In this document: positions 22,151-33,450 of the stretch, piece after piece
How the letters are laid out: each line of letters starts with the position of its first letter
How positions within the stretch are numbered: position 1 is the first letter of the stretch
Assembly: GCA_036172245.1 (NCBI GenBank)
Contig: JAYWIR010000016.1
Coordinates: 1,984,001-2,048,000 of the forward strand
Length of the DNA: 64,000 bases
DNA from: Raillietiella orientalis
Taxonomy: Eukaryota
Direction of reading: 5' to 3'
Notes under the pieces: model-generated
What the model was told of the DNA's origin: nothing
Seen by the model: only the letters and a program-made list of their open reading frames with translations
Database searches by the model: none
Program-made: the position numbers and the translations under genes

Positions 22151-23889
22151 GGGGCAGCCCATAAGGACTTCGCAGGAGGCGATCTGTGCCCTCTGCGAAG
22201 GCGGTCATGGGGACGTGGAGGAAGCGGACGGAAGCCACATGCATTCGTCAGGGAGTCCGACTAAAGGACTGCCCTCTAGGGCAAAAAGAACTGTAGGAAA
22301 CAAGTTCGAGATCAGAAGCAGTCGACTCCGAGCGGGTTGCTTTGGGAACGGCCCCTGCCTTCTGAAAAGAACGCACAGACGCCCGTCCTCGACGGACGAT
22401 CCGTCGGGTTGGTGGAACTCTTTCGTAAACCCGGGATGAACGACGTCCAGACAACGCGAGTGCCGTGTTCGCGGCTCGGTGAAGGACCGCTACGGCGCGA
22501 AATTCACTCCCGTGAAGAGCATCTTACGAGCTCATGGGGAAGAGCGGAGGAGAGAAGAAGTGCTTCAGCTCTCTGCGAAACTCTTCTTCCTCTTCTTCCG
22601 CTCCTCGCCTGCTCACCGGGAGGCAGCTGAACCTCTTGGACACTTGTAGAGGCTAAGCAGCGGACCCATCAGTTGATTCCCTCAATCGGGACGTCAAGAG
22701 CAAGATCTTCTGAGAAAGGAGGAGAGGAAAGCATCTGCCACCTCATCCTGCATTTCCTCTGCGAGTGTCGAGGGGTGAACGGACCTCAGATCATATGTCC
22801 AGACACTGACCAAAGAACGATCGACACCTGCTTTCTTGCAACCGGAAAAAGGTCGCGGTGCCAAGGATCACGACGAAGTTGCTATTCTCTCTCCTCCGAG
22901 GTTAAAACAAGACGTGCCTCCCCGCTTGCGAGTTTAACGCATTCCTGTGCCTGTGCGTCGCAATCGAAGCACAAAACAAGGAAAAATAGTGAGGTCCCCT
23001 CTCAGGTGCTTCGGAACTGCTGGCGACCATCTTGTCGTCGTTGACAACTGCACCCTCGCCGCAAGTCAAGGGGATGGGCCTGCGATCACAGCGCCCGAAT
23101 TCGCGAGCACTTCAAGACCCACTGCGGAGACGGCAGGGGTTTCCACAGGCACGCCTCCTCTAGCATTTTTAATTCGTTTCCAGGTCTTCACGTTTCGATT
23201 ATGGCAACCGTCTCGTTGCTGCACGACTGCCGGAGTACCACGAGTGCTCATCGCCAGAGACGAGAGAATCCCCGGACCAGCACCAAATATCCATCAATAT
23301 GGAGGGGAAAAAAGGAAGAGAGGGGGGGGGGGGGAAGGGAAGAAAGTAAGAAAGAAAAAACTTTACAAAGCGTCGAATCAGAAAGAGCTCCACGTAGGAG
23401 GTCAGTCCTCCTTTCTGACAACTGGACCACTCCTTTCACCAGCTCCCGAGAGCAATTTGTCTCGATGACAGAAGAAAGCCAAGTTCAAACTGACTGATTG
23501 ATTTGTTCGAGTGGGAGGAACAAAGGGCTGTTTCTTTGCGAGGTGCTTCCGATGAAAGGATGGACAGCGCTGGAATACGAATCGGCTTCGCCGCAAGCTT
23601 TCCCTGCCGAGAGTTCGGTGAGCGGGCAGCAAACGACCGGCTAGACGAATTTCTAAAAATAGGTCCCATAATTGGGAACCTCCTGAGCTATCGAACGTCG
23701 ATTCCCATTCCACAGAAAGCATTTTCTGATGGCGTGTTCAACGCATCCCTTCTCTCCAGGAATCGCCGAAAGCGGTCCGCAGCAAGAAGGGATTTCCTTC
23801 TTCGTTTAGTTCCCATGGTGAGAACCAAGTAAATTGAAAAAAAAAAAAAAACTTAAATGTCTTCCTGAGAGAGCAGTGACTGACTGTCT

Positions 23890-24090
23890 TGGCGATATCC
23901 TGTTCATTATCCTGCATCCTTTTGGCTGGTAATGGATGCTTTCCAAAATGCGCAGCGTGTGATCGGATTCAAAGATACCGATTCTTGCATGCTGCGTTCC
24001 CGGCCGTTGCCCGAACCCCCCGAGGTGCAGGTGAGTGTCTTCTCCCCAGTTCCCACATGCACACGGGTTGCATACGGCCTTCATGGGGTG
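23890..24090 (-). mobile_element. Penelope-like GIY-YIG endonuclease remnant (intronic)
   Basis: AVCNPCACGNWGEDT (~VY.IPC.CG..YIGET) and LRILESIH...IMNR (~R.ILES..I...MNR). Confidence 0.5.
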
Positions 24091-24619
24091 TCCCCCGCAA
24101 TCACCGATGCTTCCGTGCGAGGCCTTGAGTCCCCACTTTCCCGAAGAGCATCATCGGCGAGTTCCAGACTTCGGTGAACCTCCAGCTTCTGATCCTACCT
24201 TCTCGCGGGTCCAGTACGATCAATCTCCGCTGGAGGTAGAGATGGGAGGAATGTGCTACTCGCTTCCCTCCTTCTCCTTCCCTTCCCCTCGCACAGAGCG
24301 CGGGAAGCGAACCGTGGCGCCAGCGACACGGTTCGTGTGGCGCTCTCTGAGAAGAAACGTCATAGAGGGCAGTGGTGGCGATCCGGAGAAGAGTAGACTT
24401 CTGGGTCCGGAGCCGAACTCCCGATGACAGCCCGCGGCTCACGAGGGGCCAAAAAAACAAAAAGTCAATCGACCGAGCCGCCGGAAGGGGTAGGCGACCG
24501 TGGCAACAGTGGAACGGCGCCGGCAGGAAGCGACCGGGCTGTGAGTACGGGGATGAGTTGCAGAGATGAGCAGATGTAGAGAACGAGGGAGGGGGGAGAA
24601 GTAGGGGGGAGAAGCTTAC

Positions 24620-24846
24620 TGCGCCCACACGACGATCTCTGAAGAAAACTGCTGCTGAGCTAGCTCCTGGCAGGCGATCCTCTTCACTGCCACCTTGGTG
24701 CCGTCGTCGAGGATGCCCAGGAACACGATGCCGAACCCTCCTCTCCCCAGCTTCCTTCCGCCTTCGCTGTAAAAGCAGCGCTCGTCGAAGTTGTCCGTCA
24801 TGCGCTTCAGGTAAGCGTAGGAGAAAGACCTTAGGATGCCAGATTC
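24620..24846 (-). CDS. IRAK4: IRAK4/Tube-like kinase, coding exon 4 (G-loop, VAVK, alphaC)
   Basis: ttctag|ESGILRSFSYAYLKRMTDNFDER...GGRKLGRGGFGIVFLG...KVAVKRI...QQQFSSEI|gtaagc; matches the IRAK4 pattern FS..EL..T.NFDER..GG.K.G.GGFG. Confidence 0.95.
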
Positions 24847-24896
24847 CTAGAAACCACTTCCAGGAAAGTCTGCCGGGGTTGCACGACCCTATTCAC

Positions 24897-25012
24897 CTCC
24901 GAATCCTCGGACGGTGCTTCCTCACGGTTGCCGTCGTCGAGCTGGGAGGAGCATCCCAAGCGTTCCTTGAAGGAATCCTCCAGGAATTCATCCTGTGGGT
25001 GGATCTGCTTCC
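24897..25012 (-). CDS. IRAK4: IRAK4/Tube-like kinase, coding exon 3 (acidic linker)
   Basis: ttccag|(G)KQIHPQDEFLEDSF...SEDSE|gtgaat. Phases (1 in, 0 out) exactly bridge exons 2 and 4; a 50-nt intron follows. Confidence 0.75.
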
Positions 25013-26572
25013 CTGGAAACGCATCCTTTCAGCCATCTCTCCTGCTCCCCCTTCCAGCCTGCTCTCGTGCCGTGCGAGTCAACGAAAATTCCGGGAAGAG
25101 GACGAGACGTTGACTCACTCCCGCCTGTTTAGCTGGACCCATTGCTCGCAAAACTTTTCTCCCTCTTCTACCCGTCAAGATCCTGCCCTTCCGTTTGCGT
25201 CATTACATCCGAGTCGGGGAGGGCTGCAGATGTGCGAGCGGAACTTTTGGGGTCGCAACTTCCCCCCCGCTTCACCGTGGGAGGGGTGGAGAAGGAGCAA
25301 GTCGTCTTCGCGGGTGATCGCTCACACACACTCCGTCGCTGCTGGGCGCTGCTGCGGCCAGCAACGGGAATAGCGCCAGGGGATTCACCAGCCGTCAATC
25401 AGGGATCGATCTTTCTCCAGGTCAGCAAAAAGCAGAGGAGAAGCCTCCTCTAGCGATCATTATCGTCCTCTGTGCCGCTACCTCCGCTACTACACGAAGA
25501 ACTAGCTGCCACCAACAAGCCATGGCAACCTGTCGTTAGTTTCCGCGGAGAGAAGAGACCCTGCACAGGATGGTGTTGGCAATACTGACGACTTTGGGTT
25601 CGCATGGTTCGGAAGCAAAACGTCACGCACATTCAAAAAGCCGATCGAATGGAGAAAGGAATCCATGAGCTCTGCGACAAACCCGTGACCTATGATGGGT
25701 TAGAATCACTGATTCATCTGACGACGCCATCTTCAAAGAACGCCCGAAATTTGTTCTTGAATTGGGAAATTTGGCACGAAAGAACCAATTGGTGATAGTA
25801 GCTGTCATGATTGCCCCCATTCCCAATGTGACCTGCCACTACGAAAAGCGATCTCCAAGAACAGCTATTCGCTAGCGGCAACAACGACAGCCGTCACCGA
25901 TGCTCATCACGCTGTCCACAAGCTTGCGCGCCGCATCTGATGAGCAAAGAGGTCGCTGAGACCGTTATTCTCCCGGCGCTTATTTGCAGAGCGCTTACCG
26001 GGAGCCACTAGCAACGGCAATGATCAGCCAAATGATGGTGGCAGCAACAAGAGGAATGGTGGCTACCGGAACTGCTGCCGTGCCTGCAACAGTACGACCG
26101 GAGGAACGCTCTAGAGTCTAGAGAACGCTCTGCAGCGCTGCGGGCCGAAAGAAACCATGGGTGCACGACGCCTCGAGGTCAGCAGGTTCTTGCACTGCTC
26201 ACTGCATTAGCAGCAGCAGCAGCAGTAGCAGGAAGATGATGACGCTATTCGCGTGGTTTGCATGCACAGCAGTGGCGGCGGTGGCGTTCAGCAGTGGCTG
26301 CGGATGAAAGCTCGCGCCAGCCGGCGGAGAACGGGCGCGAACGAAGGATTCCAAGAGAGCACTTCCTGAGTCTCTGCAGGTATCCGTATCCCCTCTCCCT
26401 CTGGAGGGGGAAGGGACACGTGCCTTGACTCTGCCACCCCAGGAGAAAGCGCAGCTCAGGAGGATGTGCCGTTGCGAGCGCATGCAGCTAAAAAGTCGAG
26501 AGTTCTTCGGACGAAAGAGGCGCAGTCAGGTAAGTCACGCTGCGGTCCAGGATCGCAGGGGCACTCACTCAC

Positions 26573-26742
26573 CTTGGAGGACGTCGGCAGACAGATAGTT
26601 CGCTGCCCGGAAGAGCTTCGCCTCGCACAGCACGTCTATCAGCAGCTGCACTGTCGGTCTGCTGCGCCCGCTGGTGCCCCACTCCTCGATGAGGATCTCC
26701 CCTCCGCTCTTCCCGGTCGCCTGGCTCGCGCACTCGACGATC
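26573..26742 (-). CDS. IRAK4: IRAK4/Tube-like kinase, coding exon 2 (death domain, C-half)
   Basis: ttgcag|(R)IVECASQATGKSGGEILIEEWGTSGRSRPTVQLLIDVLCEAKLFRAANYL|gtgagt; Tube-type death-domain signature EWGTSGR.RPT...LFRAA.Y. Confidence 0.92.
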
Positions 26743-27061
26743 CTGCAAGAATTCCGCCGTGAGCGACATCCTGCGCGTTGGAGAGGCAGCACGCAGTCCT
26801 TTCGCTCGACCTTCCTTCCCTCCCTCCCTCGAGGCCCTTGGCTTCCTCACCTTGTTCCCCCCTCCCTCCCACGGACACACAAATCTGCGGCGCATCGCTG
26901 AGGGACGCACCCTTGGCCCCACAGGGGCTCTTGAGAAAGTCTCGGAGAACTCTCCCGACCGTCATGGCACCTCCCTCCCCCCCCTCCCTCGAGCACGCCC
27001 TCCTCCTCTGGCGTCTCCTCGCCTCCCCATTTTCGTCTCATTCGTGCTTTCGGTCCACTTG

Positions 27062-27702
27062 CCGAGCTTGAAAGAAAGAGCGTCGTCGCCGTCCGAGCGT
27101 TTCCATAGCAAAGGCCGGGACAATGGAGAGGGAGGAGGAGGAGAGAAAGATGCACGAGAGAAGACCGGATCCCTCCTACCCCCCTTCCTGCCTTCAAATC
27201 CTCCCATGCCTGCCTCTGTCGCGCGACGTCCGGTTCCAGAGCACTTTCCTGAGGGGGTCTCGTCTCCGAACCGCCATCCCCCACCGGAAGACGGACCACA
27301 GGGAAGGGGGGCGGCAGACACGTGGATCCCGGCGTTTCCCTCGCTGGTCCGGTTGTCGATCTCGGAAGTTCTTTCGGAGATCGCAAGGTCGGGCGCGCGG
27401 TCTCCGGAGTTTCGGAAAAGTCCCGCCCGAGAGGACAAGCGTTGCCGCAGGCGTTTCCTCCCCCGCAGGCGGCCCGCCACGGGGAACACGTACAGGAGCC
27501 TCCCGACCCCTTTTCCCTAGCGAGGATGACTGACCGTGGAACGCCTCTGCAGCCCGTTCGGGGAACTCCCCGGAAGCGTTCGACGAGGTGTGCGGGAAGG
27601 GAGGCAGGCGATGCGTCCGCCGCCGCCCTCTACCTCGCCCGGTGCTCGCGGGTGATCAGGAGGCGCGTACGGGGAGAGGAAATTACGGGAGAGGAAGGGG
27701 GC
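27062..27702. repeat. ~640-bp near-identical intragenic duplication, copy 2
   Basis: Matches 19365-20005; lies in the intron between coding exons 1 and 2. Confidence 0.95.
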
Positions 27703-28898
27703 ACCCAGTCACTCCTCACAACATCAACCTCCAGGCGCACCTTTCCCATGTCCGCAAATCCTCCCATGCCATGGTCGAGGAGAGTGAGCCGCTGTGGCAG
27801 TCGGTGTCGCAGCCACGGGAGAGCAGTCGCAGCTGCTCAAAGAGACGTTTTTTCCCCGTCCAAGAGACTCCGAGAGGTGCTAGACGCGAAGTGCCGGCAG
27901 GCGGGAACCACTGTGCGAGTGGTGGTGGTGGTAGGGAGTGGGGAGGGACCTCCCCCCCTTATCATTCACTAACGCTGACTCAAGGATCGCATGCGGGCAA
28001 CGACGGGGACGCGGAAGGCAGAGAGCCTCATGGCCTCCTGCTTTTCGGGCCGCCCAAGGCGCGTCCCGCGAAACGTCAGGAACCCCTCGTTCCCTCCCCC
28101 CCTTCTCCCTCACGATCAGCTTTCACGATAAAAGGGGGAGGAATCTGGGGGAAATGTCGGACATCCAGCAGCTCTGACGCTTCCTGTCCTTCCCGCTACT
28201 TTGCTCCCGAAGTGTCTTTCCTCCGCGGAAGACGCTGCTGCTGCCGCCAAGAGGAAGCCGAGCCTTGCTGGAACCCGCTAGGGTGCACCGCAGACCGCTT
28301 CGCTCGCCTTTCGGAGGATGACGTCACTGAGACGAGAATTCCCCGTGGCTACTGGCTCTGCAGAAGTTCTCTGCTGGACTTGCTCGTACAAGGCATTCGC
28401 GCGACCCTCCCACCAGTCTCTTGAAGGGACAGATCGAGATGCCATGCCCGGAGGAGGGAGAAGGGAGTGGGAGCAGAAAGGGACCGTGGCGAAGGAAAAG
28501 GAAGCAGTCTCGGAAGGTGGAGGAGACGCGGAGTAGAAGAGCAACGAAAACTAGCGGTCCACTGGAAACCAGCACTCCAAGCGGACCAGTGAAGGTCGAG
28601 GGCGGGGAAGAGGTCCATGGAACGGACAGAAGACGTTTCAGAGGATGGCAGTTGCTAGATCCGTTCCGGGTATCCTCGACCGACCTCCTCCTTCACGTTG
28701 CCTCCAAAGCTTTCCAGATCTTTCTTCCGCAGGAAGCAGTGCCGAAGTTCCCGCCGGATCCGAGAGCCGCGGCGTCTCCGGGAGCAGCTCAGGAGCGGAG
28801 GAGCACCGAGGGGACTCTCGGGAGGAACCCACTGCTCCCCCTTCCCTCTCCCGTGCCGGCCTCCTTGGCTCTAAGGAGCAGCAGCGAGGAATCCCGGA

Positions 28899-29097
28899 CG
28901 TGAACCGCGCAAGGAGGGAAGGAGAAGAGGGGGCTCAATCGCCCGTTGCCTCGGGCGATGAGTGCGGTCTCCTCGTTCGAGACCACAGGGGGACTCTTGG
29001 AGCCATTTGTGCTCCGTGGCGCCCTACCACCGGATCGATTCCGCTGGCGCTCCCGGGAAAGGTCTCCGCCGATGCTGGGATTCTCCTGAGGGCGGGA
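28899..29097. repeat. Dispersed repeat, diverged copy B (copy A at 11404-11600)
   Basis: Collinear shared words with 11404-11600. Confidence 0.85.
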
Positions 29098-31108
29098 AGG
29101 TGAGACGCGCTGCCCGGGAACTCCTCCTTCCTCCTTCCAGCTTCCCTCGGGAGCGTCCCAATGGCTTGGGAAGCGACCCCGAGCTCCAGCTGGGAAGAGC
29201 TGGACCCGCCTTCCTGGTGCGCTTCGATTCCTGTCCTGAGAGCTTCCCAGGGCGGGAGGCGTGCCTGGCGGCGTTCCACTGGCAGGAGGATAAAGAAGAA
29301 AAAAAACACCTCAGCGTAAGGAGGATCTCGGTCCAGGAGATCCTGGAAAGCTGCGCGAGACCTCTCAAGGAGGAATGCTCCGAACCCGGGAGGGAGGGCG
29401 CTGGTCCACAACCGCCACCGTGCAAGAAGCGCTATCCCCGTGGAAGGAGAGTACCGGGCGCAACGAGGGTGGGATCACCTTGAGTAGAATGACCTTGGGC
29501 TAAGCATCCGAGCCTTGACGGAGTCTGTGCAGTCTCTGCTACCTCATCAGCGAAATGGAGGGAAGACGAAGCGGCGTCGGGGAAGCGGACTTGCCGGAGA
29601 GAGCGACCTTTCGACCTTTCTAGGAGGCAGCACGGACGCCGCTGGAAAACGTGCGCGGTTGTGTTTGAAAGCTGACCTTCTAGATCGGCCGCACCGTGCT
29701 GAAGGTTATCGGTCAAAGCGGCAGTGGCAGAGCTCGTGCCTGGCATCCGCGGTCGTCGTAGAAACGGGACGCAGGGTCGTTCGGCTCGGAGGAAGGAGCC
29801 GGGAGCGCATAGTCCGCCCGACCCCGGTCGGCTATGTCGCGGAGCAGCGGGGGCTCACTGCCGGACCACCCGGGCGACCCTTGAGAGAGATGGGGCGGAG
29901 ATGCAGACTGCCGGAGACTGGGCCGTCCTCCCGCGAAGAGCGGCAGAAACATGCAGGTTTGCCCGCGCGGGAAGGTTGGCAGGTGGCAGTCACGTGACCG
30001 CCTTCGCGTGACAGAGACGCGCCACTGTCTCTTCACCATGCGGAGGCGTGCGCGCGACCTCTGGCCGCGGCGCTCACTGCTCAGGGCAAAAGGGACCAAG
30101 GACCCCTCTTCCCGGGTGGGCAGCGGGGTGAGGCGCAGGCGATGACAGCAGCAGCTTGCGGTCTGCACTTCGAGGCGATACGATGGGTAGGAGTTGCACG
30201 GCAATGCCTCAGGAGGTACCGTTCGGAGTTGCTCGCCTCTCCCGCCGCTGCTTCGAAGCTGCGCGTGACACTGCCACTTCTCTCCGCCCGCCCGCCGGCG
30301 ACGTTCACTGTGGTGCTCTCCAACGCCCTCCTCACGAACTGCCCGCCAGGAGAAGCATCACGCGGCGCGCGTGCGCGGCTTCAGGAGCGAGCACCTCCAG
30401 TCACGTGATTTCTCTGCCTTCTCCCCCCCTCCTCCTCCTCGATGAGCCGCACGAACGACTCACCAGGAGGGGCAGGTTGCGGAGAGCCAACCCCCCCTCC
30501 ACCTTTTACTTCCGGGACTTGGGCGGTGCGACCTCCGGGAGCGTTCGCGTGCGACCGTTCCGGCGTCTGAAGTGCTCCTTCCCGCATCCTTTCCGCTTGG
30601 GTTGCTGCTGGCTCACGGCCCGCTCCCCGTCTGGGGCAAAGAGGGGAAGAGAGGGAAGGCTACTGACTCGGAGGGATGGGAACGGGGTCCTCCTTTTCCG
30701 GCGGGAGGCGGCAAGTACCGGAAGAGGAGGCGGCGTCGCTGCTGCTGTGGGCTGTGAGTTGGCTGGGGAGGATGCGGGAACTGGGGCAAGGGTTGCTGCT
30801 GCTTAGGAGGCAAACTCTGGACCGCCGGAGCGCGGAAGCTGGGAGTGGAGCTACCTGGATCTTTGGTTTCTGTTCCAAGGAGGATGAGTCGCGCCTCTCC
30901 CATTTTCTTCCTTTCCTCCACCCCCACGGCAAAGGGGGAAGGGTGCTTAAGGCCCAGGAGGGGGAAGAGGAGCGAAGCATACCCGCTGGAGACGCTCCCT
31001 AAGAGGCCAGGCCCCCAAACCCCCTTCGTGGCAGAGGCTGGTTCGAGGGAGCAGGGAGGTGAGGTCGAGGCCACCTCTTCCTGGGGTTGGCAGAGGGAGG
31101 ATCCTCAC

Positions 31109-31272
31109 CTGATGTGCTCGTCCGTGTACTTCTTCGGGGAATGCAAACAAGAATCCTTGGGAACGATGGCCATGATGTCCTTCCAGGATTTTTCCAGCTC
31201 CAGGATGTGTCCTAGCTTGACCTTCACGGACGGGGGGAGGTTCCGGATCTCCGTCGAGGGCGCGATGTCCAT
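31109..31272 (-). CDS. IRAK4: IRAK4/Tube-like kinase, coding exon 1 (death domain, N-half)
   Basis: MDIAPSTEIRNLPPSVKVKLGHILELEKSWKDIMAIVPK...KYTDEHI(R)|gtgagg; phase 2 matches exon 2. An acceptor (cccgcag) 5 nt before the ATG implies an upstream non-coding exon. The nine exons total 1368 nt = 455 aa + stop. Confidence 0.9.
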
Positions 31273-32949
31273 GAGACCTGCGGGACGGAAGCGCGCCGTG
31301 GAGCAGAGGAGGGAGGAAACGCGAGCGCCCGAAGCGGGTGGTGCTGAGCGCGAGAGGGAGAACGGGAGAGGATGGGGAGGAGGGAGGGAGGAACGGGATC
31401 AGGTCGGTCTCTGGACCCGGACCGACTCTGTTGCGTGTACCGCACCGCGACTCTGTGGAGGAGGAAGAGCTCCCCTGCTCGGGACGGGGTCAGGCTCTCT
31501 CTCACGGTCGAATTCCTCGGTGGGTCACCGGTCCGGCCGCGTCCTGATGTCCTGCTCGCAGGTCCGCTGCAGGGAGCGGACTCCTTCGCCAGACCGGCAG
31601 GAGAGAGCGGCAGTTCGGGGCGGCTTCCGCCCGCTGGCCGACGGAGGGACGTCCAATCAGATGCCGTGCGTTCCGTGCAAACGCTGCAGAGCCGGAAACC
31701 ACCAACCTCCTCTCCCCTCCTCCTCCTTCCCTCATCACCCCCGGAGGGAGAATGAAAGAAAGAAAAAAAAAGAGTTTTTGCTGCACTCCGACAGCAAAAA
31801 CTCCCGAAGCGAAAGCCCCGGAGGTTCCCCCGGGATAACGTGCGAGAACTTCAGGGGGTGCAAAACGTGGAAGGGAAAACTCTGCATCCTGCGAGGACCG
31901 CTCGGCAATCACCAGGGCGCGGCGCTCCAGGTCATCCTCCTCTTTTCAATTCCCTTCGTCTTTCCTCCTGTTCACGCTTTGGCTGGGGCCCTTTTACCCT
32001 CCGCCGGGTCGTCGTCTGCTCTGGTCGAGGCGGCGTAGTGAGCTGCGGAGTGGGCGGCAAGCGACAGAGGGAGAAGGGCAGAGGAGACGCGGCAGAGCGG
32101 GGAGGGGGAGAAGCGAATCTCCGCCTTCCCTGCAACTCTCTCCCAGGCGCTGTCCCTTCAACCGAAGAGAACCCGCGCAACTGGGAGGGCGGCTGAGAGC
32201 AGGAGGTGCCGCCCCCACCCCCTCCTCCGCGGGCACCTTTCCTGAGAAGCCCTCCTACCGACGGAGATCGAACTGGACTCCACGGTCCAGCACTCCCCGC
32301 CGCCCTACCGGACTCTGCTTCGTGGTTCCGGCGTCCCCGCGCGGCGGCGCTTCCTGTCGCAAGGTTCAGGTCGCCCCTTCTTTCTCTTCCCGGCTCGCCA
32401 CGAGCGGAAGTTCTCCCTGGAGAATTGGCGCCGACCCCCAGGGCAGGCTGACCGCCGAGATGCGGCTCCCGCGGCACTCCGACCCCGCCTCAGAGCCCAG
32501 AGCAGGCTTCCTCCCCCCCTTCTTCTCCCCCATCTCTACAGGACGGTTGTCTCGCGGCACCTCGCCGTTGCCCAGAGGGAAGTTCTGGCGCCAGAAAGCC
32601 TCGCGGAGATCGCGGGAACTTGGCGTCGGCGCCGGTCACGTCAGCGCGCACTGACTTGAGCGAACGGCTGTGGGTTAAAAAAAAAAAAAAAAAAAAGAAA
32701 AGAAAAGGGGGAAGGGAAAGCAAAAAGGAAGATCTTGCAAGCCCGTTCCTCGGAGTCGCCGCGCCACATTGACGCCCATCTCCGGGAGGGGAACCGCGGT
32801 CCCCCAAGCGAGGGAAGTGCATCGCCAGCCCTCGGGAGAAGACGCGCGGGGTCACTTGGAAAGGCCAAGGTGGGAAGGAGGCGCAGTCGCCTGCTGGTCT
32901 CCCCCTCCTCCCAAAGTCCGGAACCCATGTTCCTCCCCTTCAGCTTCAG

Positions 32950-33450
32950 GGACTTCCGGCGAAGGGAATCCCAGCCCCCAGGCGGGAACTAGACGAAAAT
33001 GGCGCCGACCCGAATTCTCGGAGCCGCTCCCGATTTCCGGAGCCGCTTATCTCACGCGCGGATCGGTCCGCACGCGGCGACTGCAGCAGCCGCCGCCGGC
33101 GGAGGCGACCCGGTTCCGGTGGCAACGGAGGGCGCCGCGGCCTCCCAGGGCAGTAGGAGCGCTTTCCGTCAAGGAGACCGCGGAACTCTCCGGAAGGGAT
33201 CGCCACCGCGCTCACCGCCCGACGGGGCACCCGGCCCGCTCGCCCGACGGCGCACGGACGCCCGGGGCTTCCTCCTCCTCCCAGGAGAGGTCGCCTCACT
33301 TCCCTTGCCCTCTCCCCTGACACATGGTCCACCTCTTGTTGCCAGGGGTCCCGAGCGCACCGTGAGTGAGCGCTTCCCGGAGGGCGACCTCCTTCCAGGC
33401 CGGGGGCGTCGGTTCCGGTCGAGGGATCCAATCTCGTCCGCAGCGCTGTG
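32950..33450. promoter_or_regulatory. Candidate CpG-rich promoter region between divergent genes
   Basis: YY1/Pho-like aaaatggcg (~32996), ETS-like ttccgg repeats, RFX-like ggcaac/gttgcc, and a possible minus-strand donor (gtgaga) near 33055. Motif-level evidence only. Confidence 0.25.

Noticed and set aside
27710..27850. Apparent death-domain-like words on the minus strand (EQLRLL / PWLRHRL..LLDHG / MAWEDL) considered as IRAK4 exon 1
   Set aside because: It needs at least two frameshifts and lacks a proper donor, and a clean in-phase exon 1 exists at 31109-31272. The AWEDL part comes from a 16-mer (caaatcctcccatgcc) also present in the adjacent duplicated segment.
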